From: Pseudomonadales bacterium
GTDB lineage: Bacteria; Pseudomonadota; Gammaproteobacteria; Pseudomonadales; JAUIET01
DNA length: 64,000 nucleotides
Direction: 5' to 3'
Assembly (NCBI GenBank): GCA_045106985.1
Contig: JBGCFQ010000011.1
Coordinates: 131,890-195,889, forward strand
In this document: piece by piece, positions 54,019 through 63,141 of the stretch
Numbering within the stretch: the stretch's first letter is position 1
Layout of the letters: each line of letters opens with the position of its first letter
Notes under the pieces: model-generated
Databases searched by the model: none
The model's input: only the letters and a program-made list of their open reading frames with translations
What the model was told of the DNA's origin: nothing
Made by a program: the position numbers and the translations under genes

Positions 54019-55185
54019 TTACAGCTTGCCTAATAGCGCACCACCAGTAGGAACACCCACACCGGAAGTAACGAGCACGTTATTAATGTTCTTCTTAGGC
54101 TGATTAACAGACGATCCGCGAACCAGTTTGGCAGCTTCAACGATTCCGTTTACCCCATGAATGTAAGCTTCGCTGAGCTGTCCTCCATGAGTGTTGGTCG
54201 GCAAGCGGCCGTCTGCTCGCAGCTCTCCATCGAGCACAAACTGGGGGGCTTTGTATGGCTCACAAAAACCCCAGCTTTCAAGTTGCCACAACACGATAGG
54301 CGTAAAGGCGTCGTAAATGATCGCAGCGTCTATATCATCCGGGGTAAGCCCACTTTGTTTGTAAGCTTCTTTTGCCGCAATATCCATCGACGGGATGGCT
54401 GCAATCTCGGGGCGATAAAAACTGGTCATAGACTCCATATTAGCCGCGGCTGCTTGTCCCACTCCTTTTATAGCGACAGGAGTTTGTTTCAGATCCTTAG
54501 CTCGCTCGGCCGTTGTAACAATCACTGCACTGCCGCCGTCGCTTTCAAGACAACAATCAAGCAGCTTCAGTGGAGACACGATTTTACGGGCCGTGTCGTA
54601 CGTTTCACGGTCAAACGGCTGCTCGTAAAACAACGCCGCTGGATTCTTAGATGCAAATTCGCGCTGAAGGTGGGCAATCTCAAACATTGCGTCCTGACAA
54701 TCTTCGGTTAGATGCATATAGCGCTGCGAATACATCGCCACCCAACTAGCCGGCGTCATCAAGCCATAGGGCGTATACCACCCCCAATGAATAGCGTCCG
54801 CTGTGAGCAATGGGCCAGAAACGCCAGAACTATAACGATGGCCGGATCGTCCATTCAACGATCGATAGCAAACAACGCATTCAGCCATACCGCTGGCAAC
54901 CGCCATAACGGCCTGGTGGATAAGGCCTGTAGCCGCGCCACCGCCATGCGGAACTCGAGAGTAAAAAGTAAGGTCGCCAATGCCGACCGCTCTCGCTAAT
55001 TCAATTTCGTCTGTATTGTCCAGGGTGAAGGTCGTCATACCATCGACATCTGACGGCTTCAGCCCCGCATCATCGAGCGCATCTCGCACTGCCTCGGCCG
55101 CCAGCTGAAGCTCAGAACGCCCCGAATTCTTTGAAAACTCAGTGTTAGCCAGACCTACAATGGCCGATTTATCACAAATACTCAT
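54019..55185 (-). CDS. thiolase-fold lipid-transfer protein (SCP-x/Ltp2-like; candidate retro-aldolase)
   Basis: 388 aa. Thiolase-like fold with a C-terminal NTHGGQLSEAYIHGVNGI. It occupies the position that ltp2 holds after chsH2-chsH1 in M. tuberculosis. Confidence 0.7.
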   Translation of the reverse strand: MSICDKSAIVGLANTEFSKNSGRSELQLAAEAVRDALDDAGLKPSDVDGMTTFTLDNTDEIELARAVGIGDLTFYSRVPHGGGAATGLIHQAVMAVASGMAECVVCYRSLNGRSGHRYSSGVSGPLLTADAIHWGWYTPYGLMTPASWVAMYSQRYMHLTEDCQDAMFEIAHLQREFASKNPAALFYEQPFDRETYDTARKIVSPLKLLDCCLESDGGSAVIVTTAERAKDLKQTPVAIKGVGQAAAANMESMTSFYRPEIAAIPSMDIAAKEAYKQSGLTPDDIDAAIIYDAFTPIVLWQLESWGFCEPYKAPQFVLDGELRADGRLPTNTHGGQLSEAYIHGVNGIVEAAKLVRGSSVNQPKKNINNVLVTSGVGVPTGGALLGKL

Positions 55186-55234
55186 TCAATAACCTCTTGC
55201 TGATTCCGCTGTATGACTGTGCTTATCGCTGCTC

Positions 55235-55654
55235 CTAAGGAAGCGCCACACTCACGGAACCCTCCATATGCATGCCCCAAACGTTGTTTTCGCCCACAAC
55301 ATTCACCTTAACCACATTATTCTCGGCGTCCAGTTCTGTAATTTCACCACTAACACTCATAATCATCCCGGGTACGTTAGGCGCTCCTAATTTTACCTTC
55401 AGCGCTTTCATGACGGCTTCCGGCCCAGACCAATCAGTGACATAGCGAGCCATTAATGCCTGGCTAGTTAAAATATTCATAAAAACGTCGGGTAGCCCCA
55501 TATCTTGAGCCACCTTTGGCACATGATGACAAGGCTCAAAGTCACGCGTCGCCAAAGCGCCGCAACTAATAAGCGAACTGGTTATATCGATATCAAGCTG
55601 AGGTAGCTTGTCGCCGACCTTAACGGCAGCGAAATTCATTGTTTCAAAACTCAT
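55235..55654 (-). CDS. MaoC-like (R)-hydratase hotdog subunit (ChsH1-like)
   Basis: 139 aa, single hotdog fold. Pattern: ATRDFEPCHH. Confidence 0.7.
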   Translation of the reverse strand: MSFETMNFAAVKVGDKLPQLDIDITSSLISCGALATRDFEPCHHVPKVAQDMGLPDVFMNILTSQALMARYVTDWSGPEAVMKALKVKLGAPNVPGMIMSVSGEITELDAENNVVKVNVVGENNVWGMHMEGSVSVALP

Positions 55655-55669
55655 AATCTGGTCACCTAC

Positions 55670-56644
55670 TTAGCCTTCAACCGGATAAAACTGCGGCAAC
55701 ATGGTTTTTGCATCCACCTGTTCTACCTTGCCTTTCACTTTCATGCCTATTTTGACGTCATCGGCATCAATGCCCACCACGTTTGAAATGATGCGTGTGC
55801 CCTCTTGCAGATCAATTACGGCAACAACGAGCGGGTATTTATAACCTGGAAACTTCGGATGATGCATTTCCACAAAGCTGAACACTTCACCGTCTAAGCT
55901 CGACTCAATCGAGTCCCATTCTGTAGACTGGCATTCACCGCACATCGGTCGCGGTGGGTGTCTCAATGTTTGACAACCGCTGCAACGCTGAATAAGAACC
56001 CTGCCCTCATCACAAGCATCCCACCACCAGCCATTATCTTGGCCACGCGGCGATTGCGCCCTAGTCGGAATCTCCAACTCTTCTGAACCGCTAGTCGCAG
56101 CTTTCTCAGGCGCCTCTGGAGGAATGAACTTGAACACCCGGAAACGCTGCGTGCCTATCAGCTCACCATCTTGATTCGTAAACTTGGCTAAGGTCTGCAA
56201 AAAGTAGCCCACACCCCGCCCTGTCGCTTTCTGTTCTGAGATTTCTTCGATGATCGCGTCTTCAAATAGCGCATCTCCGAGCTTCGCTTCAGCAAAATAT
56301 TCCTGGTCAACATTGGTACCCAGCGACCCACTAAAGCCGTGCTTATCAAAAAATGCGACCAAGTTTGAAAGACCGTCGCCGGGGCGCCCTGTAGAGGCCA
56401 CTGCGTAGCCTTCCTGATTCCAGGCATACATCATTGCCGGCGGTGCAACGACTTGCCCTCGGCTGCTGTTAGCGGCCCATTCGCGGTCTGTATAAGCGGG
56501 GTTCTGGTCACCCATCACTTCGGTCCAATGACGAATCATAGCTTCATTAACGGTGTCGTAGGAGCGCTTCGGTTCGGGGTGCAACGGAGTGCCAACAAAG
56601 GTCCGTAGCTCCTCCTCAAACGCTTGTCGTTCTTCAGGAGTCAT
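55670..56644 (-). CDS. MaoC N-terminal hotdog domain fused to a DUF35 Zn-ribbon/OB-fold domain (ChsH2-like)
   Basis: 324 aa. The N-terminal half is hotdog (MIRHWTEVMGDQNPAYTD). The C-terminal half has CSGCQTLRHPPRPMCGECQSTEW followed by an OB fold, which is the DUF35 pattern. Confidence 0.75.
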   Translation of the reverse strand: MTPEERQAFEEELRTFVGTPLHPEPKRSYDTVNEAMIRHWTEVMGDQNPAYTDREWAANSSRGQVVAPPAMMYAWNQEGYAVASTGRPGDGLSNLVAFFDKHGFSGSLGTNVDQEYFAEAKLGDALFEDAIIEEISEQKATGRGVGYFLQTLAKFTNQDGELIGTQRFRVFKFIPPEAPEKAATSGSEELEIPTRAQSPRGQDNGWWWDACDEGRVLIQRCSGCQTLRHPPRPMCGECQSTEWDSIESSLDGEVFSFVEMHHPKFPGYKYPLVVAVIDLQEGTRIISNVVGIDADDVKIGMKVKGKVEQVDAKTMLPQFYPVEG

Positions 56645-56818
56645 TGTTAAAACTTCCAGTGGTTAAATGGTAGATCTGGTTTAAATGTGCGGCCGCATGC
56701 TAAATGATGGGTGCAACTAAATAGCTTAGGGCGAAGGATAAACTAGGCGGGTTTAGGTTTCCATGAAGATACCGACACCCGAATCGCTCGATCGGCAGTA
56801 AACTGTATATTCAACTCG

Positions 56819-58897
56819 CTAAAAGCTGCCTTCTATCTGAAATTCAAATACAGTGCCGTATGCACGATCACGATCCTCAACAAATTCTAACTCGCCCTCT
56901 CTGGAGCCGGTAAAGACCGAACGGGTTAATTGATCTGTGTCGGCGATAAGATTTCTAGCCAGAAAGGTAGCCTTTAGACCGAAGACATTTTTGTGTTCAA
57001 TGAACAAACGCAATTCTCCGCGAGTTTGCGCCACATGAAGGATTTGCTTGCGCCTATAGGTATCAGATTTATTTAGAATTCTATGATTCAAACCCCAAGC
57101 CCACTCAGTAGCCTCTATATCATGACGCAATTCCACAAAGAGATAACTTATGGTGTCACCGTTAATTCGTCGCTGTTGATTCGTTAGTGGGTCATCCAGC
57201 ACACTGCGTTGCAGGCTTAGATCAATGGTGACTTGGGCACCAGACCAACCGAGCGCATCAAGATAGCTGGTCGACACCCATTGAGTGCCATAGCGTGTCG
57301 CTTTGTCTAAATTACCAACGGCCTCTTCGCCATTAGCCGTAGGAATGTACTCTACTATATCGTCTATGCTTTCACCCCAAAAACGCCAAGACAGGTTCCC
57401 ATGAGCACCAAACCCTTGCTCTAGCTTGAGTTCAAGCTGCCATGTTTGCGGAGGAACGAGCTGCGGATTACCAGCCGCTGAGTTCTGCTCATCAAGATTC
57501 ACTGACGAGATAAAGTCAAAGAAGTCGAGCTGCCCCACTTCCCTGGAAAGTTTCGCACTGACAGTGGTCTCGGAGCCGAACGCCTTGCTGGCACTGAGAA
57601 ACCCCTTTGGCCTGGTGAATTCCCGACTAAGCCCCAAAAGGCCCGATTGCTGAATCTGAGAAAATTCTCCACCCAAAGACAGCTGAAAATTGACAGCACT
57701 GATTGTCCGACCGTAGGTCAACATCGACTCAAATCGGTACTCTTCAACCTTTGAGCTGCCATTGTTCAAAGTTGACTCAAGCAATGGGCTGCCATTTTCA
57801 CTTTGCAACAAGCGAGACTCAGCATCAACGAAATTGTAAACCCCCTCTAAGGTTAACTGCCAACTCGCCAATTCTTTCGTCAACCAACTGTATTCGCCCC
57901 TCAAAATCGTTTCACCAATGTCTGAATCACGAAGAAACTGCTGCTTATTCAGCTCTGCGTCCAGAAGACTGCGTACCACGGTTACATCAGACAACGATTC
58001 ATTTTCTATGCGTTGATAGGCTATTAGTTTCAATCGTCCCTGCCCTGCATCAAACTCATAATCAGCGCTAAGTTCGCCAACCCTTTTAGGTAGGTCAATG
58101 TCCAGAAAACGATTGCGCGGCGGCTCAGTCGAGAGCAGTCGCCGAAACGAATTTTCATCATCGTCTTTGCGTTGACGTTCGTAAGACAACGATAGGTTGC
58201 CGATATTGCCAGTGGGCGGGTGCCAACTCAACAAAACGGACCCGCCGGGCTTATCTGAGTTATAGGTCGCAAATTCGTTGCGCTCCTCTGTTATTACGCC
58301 AACGCTGTCAGTAACTCGCTCTAGCCCCCAGTGCCCATAGCGGTCTTGCCTATTGTTGAGATTAGCCTTCCAGGTTAGAGAATTGTGCTTGCCACTCAAT
58401 GACAAATCGAAGCGGTACCATACTGGGTCGATACGAGCGCGTTGGTGTGTTCGCCATAACCACGTCCCGGTAAATGCTTGTTCGTCGATAATAACGTCGG
58501 CAACATCTCCATTTAAGCCAGGAATCCCCAGGCTGGCGCCATCCCGAATAACGATCATTCGAACAGAGGACGCTGGAACACGGCCTAACACAGTCAGCGC
58601 ACTGTCTCGCTTACCAGACACTCGCGCGCCATTAATTAGAACGTTACTGCTGGCTTGTCCCAGTCCGCGAACATTGTCGAGCTCTCGAGCAAAGAAACCC
58701 GGGACTAAATCGATCATTTCCTTGGCCGTACGTGGTGCAAACTTACTAAAGAAAGCGGCTGAGAACTCAGTGTGTTCTACCCCTGACGACTTCGATTGCC
58801 CACTCAACTCATCAGCAAGCCCTGCGTTGGGCAGCGTTGCCAGCAGGAGAGCCGCAATGAGAATTTTAGATGAGAGCTGAGACATTACATTGAACAA
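56819..58897 (-). CDS. TonB-dependent outer-membrane receptor
   Basis: 692 aa. Signal peptide, plug region (LGQASSNVLINGARVSGK) and a terminal aromatic residue (…FQIEGSF). Confidence 0.85.
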   Translation of the reverse strand: MFNVMSQLSSKILIAALLLATLPNAGLADELSGQSKSSGVEHTEFSAAFFSKFAPRTAKEMIDLVPGFFARELDNVRGLGQASSNVLINGARVSGKRDSALTVLGRVPASSVRMIVIRDGASLGIPGLNGDVADVIIDEQAFTGTWLWRTHQRARIDPVWYRFDLSLSGKHNSLTWKANLNNRQDRYGHWGLERVTDSVGVITEERNEFATYNSDKPGGSVLLSWHPPTGNIGNLSLSYERQRKDDDENSFRRLLSTEPPRNRFLDIDLPKRVGELSADYEFDAGQGRLKLIAYQRIENESLSDVTVVRSLLDAELNKQQFLRDSDIGETILRGEYSWLTKELASWQLTLEGVYNFVDAESRLLQSENGSPLLESTLNNGSSKVEEYRFESMLTYGRTISAVNFQLSLGGEFSQIQQSGLLGLSREFTRPKGFLSASKAFGSETTVSAKLSREVGQLDFFDFISSVNLDEQNSAAGNPQLVPPQTWQLELKLEQGFGAHGNLSWRFWGESIDDIVEYIPTANGEEAVGNLDKATRYGTQWVSTSYLDALGWSGAQVTIDLSLQRSVLDDPLTNQQRRINGDTISYLFVELRHDIEATEWAWGLNHRILNKSDTYRRKQILHVAQTRGELRLFIEHKNVFGLKATFLARNLIADTDQLTRSVFTGSREGELEFVEDRDRAYGTVFEFQIEGSF

Positions 58898-59107
58898 AAT
58901 AAATGGTGCTATAGGTAGAGTTAATGCGCATTGCTTGAATCATCGTAACTGAGGCGAAACAGGCGCTCTGCGCAGCTTTTTCAGCAGGTTCACTCTTATT
59001 GCACAGCATGTACTAATAATAGTGGGCGGCGCCAGAATAGCCACTGGCGGCTTAGCTAGCCAGCACCTACAACAACGCCTGGAGAAGCTTACAAAATAAT
59101 AGAATGC

Positions 59108-59156
59108 CGGTGTTGCCACCGAGGGATTTTAAGTCCCTTGCGTCTACCACAACGCC
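59108..59156 (-). pseudogene. tRNA-Leu(UAA) gene fragment (D-arm to variable arm only)
   Basis: 59108-59149 is an exact 42-nt copy of 59212-59253, which lies inside the intact tRNA-Leu. The fragment lacks the T-arm and the acceptor 3' strand. Confidence 0.7.
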
Positions 59157-59182
59157 GCCCTGACATTGTCATAAAAATAAGA

Positions 59183-59269
59183 TGGTGCCCGGACCCGGAC
59201 TTGAACCGGGACGGTGTTGCCACCGAGGGATTTTAAGTCCCTTGCGTCTACCAATTTCGCCATCCGGGC
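59183..59269 (-). tRNA. leuZ: tRNA-Leu (anticodon UAA)
   Basis: The reverse complement is GCCCGGATGGCGAAATTGGTAGACGCAAGGGACTTAAAATCCCTCGGTGGCAACACCGTCCCGGTTCAAGTCCGGGTCCGGGCACCA. It has a long variable arm, anticodon loop CTTAAAA and an encoded CCA. Confidence 0.9.
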
Positions 59270-59372
59270 GTACAGATGAATGACTTGCCTGCCTCATACT
59301 TCAACCACAACGCCATCCGGGCGGTAAAAACAATGGCTGATGTTCAGGGCTGTGCCGAACAATACATGTTAA

Positions 59373-59446
59373 TGGAGGCGCGGGTCGGAATCGAACCGGC
59401 GTTAACGGAGTTGCAGTCCGCTGCATAACCACTCTGCCACCGCGCC
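59373..59446 (-). tRNA. cysT: tRNA-Cys (anticodon GCA)
   Basis: The reverse complement is GGCGCGGTGGCAGAGTGGTTATGCAGCGGACTGCAACTCCGTTAACGCCGGTTCGATTCCGACCCGCGCCTCCA. Anticodon loop CTGCAAC. Confidence 0.9.
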
Positions 59447-59561
59447 TAAAAACAAAACGTCCTTATCAATAACGCGAAACCTCGGTTGTACCGAGGTTTC
59501 ATCTTCCCGCGCATTCTTCTGCGTGGGTCTTGCAAGAGCGAACTCTGTAGCAAGCATATAT

Positions 59562-59637
59562 TGGAGCGGGAAACCGGGTTCGAACCGGCGACCTCAACCT
59601 TGGCAAGGTTGCGCTCTACCAACTGAGCTATTCCCGC
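59562..59637 (-). tRNA. glyW: tRNA-Gly (anticodon GCC)
   Basis: The reverse complement is GCGGGAATAGCTCAGTTGGTAGAGCGCAACCTTGCCAAGGTTGAGGTCGCCGGTTCGAACCCGGTTTCCCGCTCCA. Confidence 0.9.
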
Positions 59638-59751
59638 GATATCTACGATTTCGAAACCTTCAATGTGATGGCATGAAATCGAGGCGCTTATTCTATTGTC
59701 TGAATCGCGTCTGTCAAGAAACAATAGCGGGTGATATCTCGCTTGAACAAT

Positions 59752-60306
59752 CTATTTTTGCAAACGTAGATCAGGTGCGGCCGCTTTTAGGTAAATAAAC
59801 ATCGACCAGAGGGTCAAAAGAGCCGCTGCGTACAATAAAAAATATCCTAGATAAGCCAGCTCTAAGAGTAGGTTTTCACCGACCGCCAAGAGGATGGAGA
59901 TAGAAATCATCTGAAAAGCTGTCTTAATCTTGCCGACGTAGGACACCGCAACGCTGGTACGCTTACCAAGGTCTGCCATCCACTCGCGCAGCGCCGAGAC
60001 CAGAATCTCCCGACATATAATGATACACGCTGGCACCGCAAACCATGGACTAGCATGCAACTCCACCAACAGAACCAAGGCAACGGCCACCATCAACTTA
60101 TCGGCCACTGGGTCCAGAAAAGCGCCAAATGGCGTGCTTTGATCCAGTTTACGGGCAAGATAGCCATCCAGCCAGTCGGTAATCGCGGCAAGCACAAAAA
60201 TTGATGTGGCCACGAGATAGTGCCATTTAAAAGGCCAATAAAACACCAGCACTAACAGCGGTATTAACGCTATTCGAAGCATAGTCAGTGCGTTGGGTAT
60301 GTTCAT
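59752..60306 (-). CDS. pgsA: CDP-diacylglycerol--glycerol-3-phosphate 3-phosphatidyltransferase
   Basis: Trimmed from the track ORF (..60525) to the ATG at 60306 (MNIPNALTMLRIALIP...). The motif DWLDGYLARK...G..LDP.ADK is the CDP-alcohol phosphatidyltransferase signature. Confidence 0.9.
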   Translation of the reverse strand: MNIPNALTMLRIALIPLLVLVFYWPFKWHYLVATSIFVLAAITDWLDGYLARKLDQSTPFGAFLDPVADKLMVAVALVLLVELHASPWFAVPACIIICREILVSALREWMADLGKRTSVAVSYVGKIKTAFQMISISILLAVGENLLLELAYLGYFLLYAAALLTLWSMFIYLKAAAPDLRLQK

Positions 60307-60379
60307 TGCTTTTTGTCTTACTCGTTTAGGCCTATGCCCTGTTGGTGCCTGGATAGGGTCAGAGCTGGCTAAGCCTAGT

Positions 60380-62203
60380 TTAGTCGCTGTGCAGGCTGTT
60401 ATAAATGTCGTTAGCTGTTTTTTCACTAATACCGGGCACTTTGCCCAACTCTTGGGAACTGGCTCGCTGAATTTCCTGCAAACCGCCAAAATGACGTAAG
60501 AGAGCCTGGCGACGCTTGGCTCCAACGCCGTCTATAGACTCAAGTACCGAGGTATTCCTTTTCTTCGAACGCCGCGCTCGGTGACCGGTAATAGCGAAGC
60601 GATGCGATTCATCACGCACCTGCTGTATCAAATGCAATGCAGGCGCATCTGACGCCAAAACCAGTTCTTCTCGACTACCTCCCTCAATGATTTGCTCCAT
60701 ACCGGCCTTACGGGTTGGTCCCTTCGCCACAGCGAGCACCCGTATATCCTCAATGCCAAGCTCATGCAGCACCTGTTCGGCTTCTGAAAGCTGGCCTTTA
60801 CCCCCATCAATTAGCAAAACATCTGGCTTGCGGCCTTCGCCTTTCTTTAGCCTTAAAAAACGGCGTCGCAATGCCTGAGCCATTGCAGCATAGTCATCTC
60901 CCGCTTGCACGCCTTCAATATTGAAGCGCCTATAGTCAGTTTTGCGCGCACCGGACAAATCAAACACCACGCAGGATGCTACGGTGGCCTCACCCGAGCT
61001 GTGACTTATATCAAAACACTCTATGCGCTGCGGCAGCTCCGTTAGCTGCAAGGCTTCCTGCAGGTTTTCGAATCGACTGGCAATACTTTGTCGATTAGCT
61101 AGCCGGGCCTCTAGATTTTGCTGGGCCGCGACCGTCGCTAACTTGATCCACTCGGCTCGACTTGAACGTGCTTTAGCGCTTACGGTGATCTTACGACCGG
61201 CTACTTCCGTTAACGCCGCTTCAAGCACATCCTCGTCTTCTATGGCCTGATCAATGACTATTTCTCTGGGCGTCTCCTTTGCAAGCCCTCCGACATAATA
61301 CTGACTTATGAACGAGAAAAGCACCTCGGCACTGCCCTCTTCGAGGCGTGGCGCCGGGAAGTAGCTGCGGCTCCCTAGAATACGACCACCTCGAACAAAC
61401 AAAACATGAACGCAAGCGATGCCGGATGACTGCACTGCCGACAGAATATCAATGTCGCCGCGCTTGCCCTCAATGAATTGTGAGTCTTGCATGCGTCGCA
61501 AATCGGACAGCTGATCTCTTATTGTGGCGGCGCGTTCGAACTCCAGCTCAGCCGAGGCTGCTTCCATAGAATCGGCCAGTTCTTTGAGTAGCAGCCTGTC
61601 CTGCCCGGCAAGAAACATCCGCGTGAACCGCACACTCTCCTCATATTCTTTGTCGTCGACCATGCCGACACACGGTCCGGAACAGCGGTGTATCTGATAT
61701 TGCAAGCAAGGACGAGAACGATTTCTATAGACACTGTCTTGGCATTGCCTTACGCGAAATATTTTCTGTAATAGATGCAAACTCTCACGCACCGAGCCCG
61801 CATTTGGAAAAGGACCAAAATACTCGCCTTTGCGACTCTTCGCGCCACGGTGGAAACCAAGGCGCGGGTGTTTGTGATCCGTCATTAGAATGTAGGGGTA
61901 GGACTTATCGTCACGGAGCAAAATATTGTACTGCGGGCGATGAGCTTTAATTAGGTTCTGCTCGAGAATCAGAGCTTCCGCTTCGCTATTGGTTATGGTG
62001 ACCTGAACGCTGGCAATCTTATTAACCAGAGCCACAGTTTTAGAGTTAAGGCCGCGACTGCGAAAATAACTGGAGACCCGGTTCCTCAGGTTCTTGGCTT
62101 TGCCGACATACAGCACGTCACCATCCGTGTCGAGCATCAGGTAAACGCCAGGGCGGCGGGTGAGTGCTTTTAAAAAAGTGGCAGAATCAAATTCTTCCTG
62201 CAT
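60380..62203 (-). CDS. uvrC: excinuclease ABC subunit C
   Basis: 607 aa. GIY-YIG N-terminus (PGVYLMLDTDGDVLYVGKAKNLRNR), the UvrBC-interaction region and a C-terminal HhH. Confidence 0.95.
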   Translation of the reverse strand: MQEEFDSATFLKALTRRPGVYLMLDTDGDVLYVGKAKNLRNRVSSYFRSRGLNSKTVALVNKIASVQVTITNSEAEALILEQNLIKAHRPQYNILLRDDKSYPYILMTDHKHPRLGFHRGAKSRKGEYFGPFPNAGSVRESLHLLQKIFRVRQCQDSVYRNRSRPCLQYQIHRCSGPCVGMVDDKEYEESVRFTRMFLAGQDRLLLKELADSMEAASAELEFERAATIRDQLSDLRRMQDSQFIEGKRGDIDILSAVQSSGIACVHVLFVRGGRILGSRSYFPAPRLEEGSAEVLFSFISQYYVGGLAKETPREIVIDQAIEDEDVLEAALTEVAGRKITVSAKARSSRAEWIKLATVAAQQNLEARLANRQSIASRFENLQEALQLTELPQRIECFDISHSSGEATVASCVVFDLSGARKTDYRRFNIEGVQAGDDYAAMAQALRRRFLRLKKGEGRKPDVLLIDGGKGQLSEAEQVLHELGIEDIRVLAVAKGPTRKAGMEQIIEGGSREELVLASDAPALHLIQQVRDESHRFAITGHRARRSKKRNTSVLESIDGVGAKRRQALLRHFGGLQEIQRASSQELGKVPGISEKTANDIYNSLHSD

Positions 62204-62308
62204 AGCTTACTCATAGTTCCTGCGCAGGTCTTGTATAGATATGTGCAGCATAGGTCTTCGGGGTGTCTGGGCTAACTAGGCTACGTCTGGGATAAATAGA
62301 CAATTCGC

Positions 62309-62959
62309 CTATCTATCCAACCCTTCTTCGATCAAACCGTGGCGCACGGCCAGCAGAGCTAACTCAACGTCGCCTTTGATCTCAAGCTTTTCAAACAAGC
62401 GGTAGCGATAGCTGTTAACAGTTTTGGTGGAGATGCTGAGCTTCTCGGCAATGTCCGGCACCTTGTCGCAAGATATAATCATCATTGCAATCTGTAGCTC
62501 TCGTTCTGACAGTTGATTGAAAGGAGATTCGTCCTTGCCCGATGTAAAGGGCTTCAACGCCATATCTTGGGCAACTTCAGGGCTTATGTAACGCTGCCCG
62601 CTTTCAACTTTGCGTACCGCGTCCAACATCTGATCGGGAGTAGAGCCCTTGGTAATAAAACCTTTGGCGCCTGCCTGAATGAGTTTTGCTGGAAAAGGGT
62701 CGTCCGTATAGGCCGTTAAGGCAATCACTTTGATAGATGAGTCGTGAGCTACAATTTTTCTCGTTGCCGCCAAGCCGCCTATTCCCGGCATACGCACGTC
62801 CATTAAAACGATATCTGGTTGTAGCTGCCGGCACAACTTAACAGCTTCTTCTCCAGTAGCGGCCTGCGCAACTACTTCTACATTTGGCGCATCGGAGAGC
62901 ATTCTCACTATGCCCATTCGTACTAGATCATGATCATCAGCCACTAAAACGGTGATCAT
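62309..62959 (-). CDS. uvrY: two-component response regulator, UvrY/GacA (NarL/FixJ) family
   Basis: Trimmed to MITVLVADDHDLVRMG. REC domain (DIVLMDVRMPG) plus a LuxR-type HTH (LSERELQIAMMI...STKTVNSYR). Confidence 0.9.
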   Translation of the reverse strand: MITVLVADDHDLVRMGIVRMLSDAPNVEVVAQAATGEEAVKLCRQLQPDIVLMDVRMPGIGGLAATRKIVAHDSSIKVIALTAYTDDPFPAKLIQAGAKGFITKGSTPDQMLDAVRKVESGQRYISPEVAQDMALKPFTSGKDESPFNQLSERELQIAMMIISCDKVPDIAEKLSISTKTVNSYRYRLFEKLEIKGDVELALLAVRHGLIEEGLDR

Positions 62960-63141
62960 TTGGTTCTCTCCATCTCTAACTACCTGGTTCTCAATGGCAC
63001 TAGGCAACACTTATAGTGTTCAACCAAGTATCCATTACGGCGCCTTCCCTGTGCGATTATTCTTATGAAAAACTTATTGTATGGTGGCAACCTTCTTGTC
63101 GAGCTGCCTCTTTTCAGACTACCACTGCTACTCCGTGGTTA

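Noticed and set aside
59183-59269. tRNA-Leu as the integration site of a genomic island covering the catabolic region to its left.
   Set aside because: The window has no integrase or excisionase. I saw no second copy of the tRNA 3' end. Housekeeping genes (polB, cysC, msrB, tesB, rlmI) are interspersed, and there is no obvious compositional break.
59446-59798. Track ORFs 59446..59724 (-) and 59523..59798 (+).
   Set aside because: They run across the tRNA-Cys/tRNA-Gly genes and their spacers. They are artefacts of the tRNA cluster.
59752-60525. Long N-terminal extensions of several track ORFs: pgsA to 60525, 21103..22329, 44397..44960, 51350.., 31752.., 33521.., 42493.., 62309..63010 and 4444..5022.
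   Set aside because: The extensions overlap neighbouring genes or lack homology-like sequence. Internal ATGs with better RBS or spacing reproduce the expected family N-termini, so the coordinates were trimmed.
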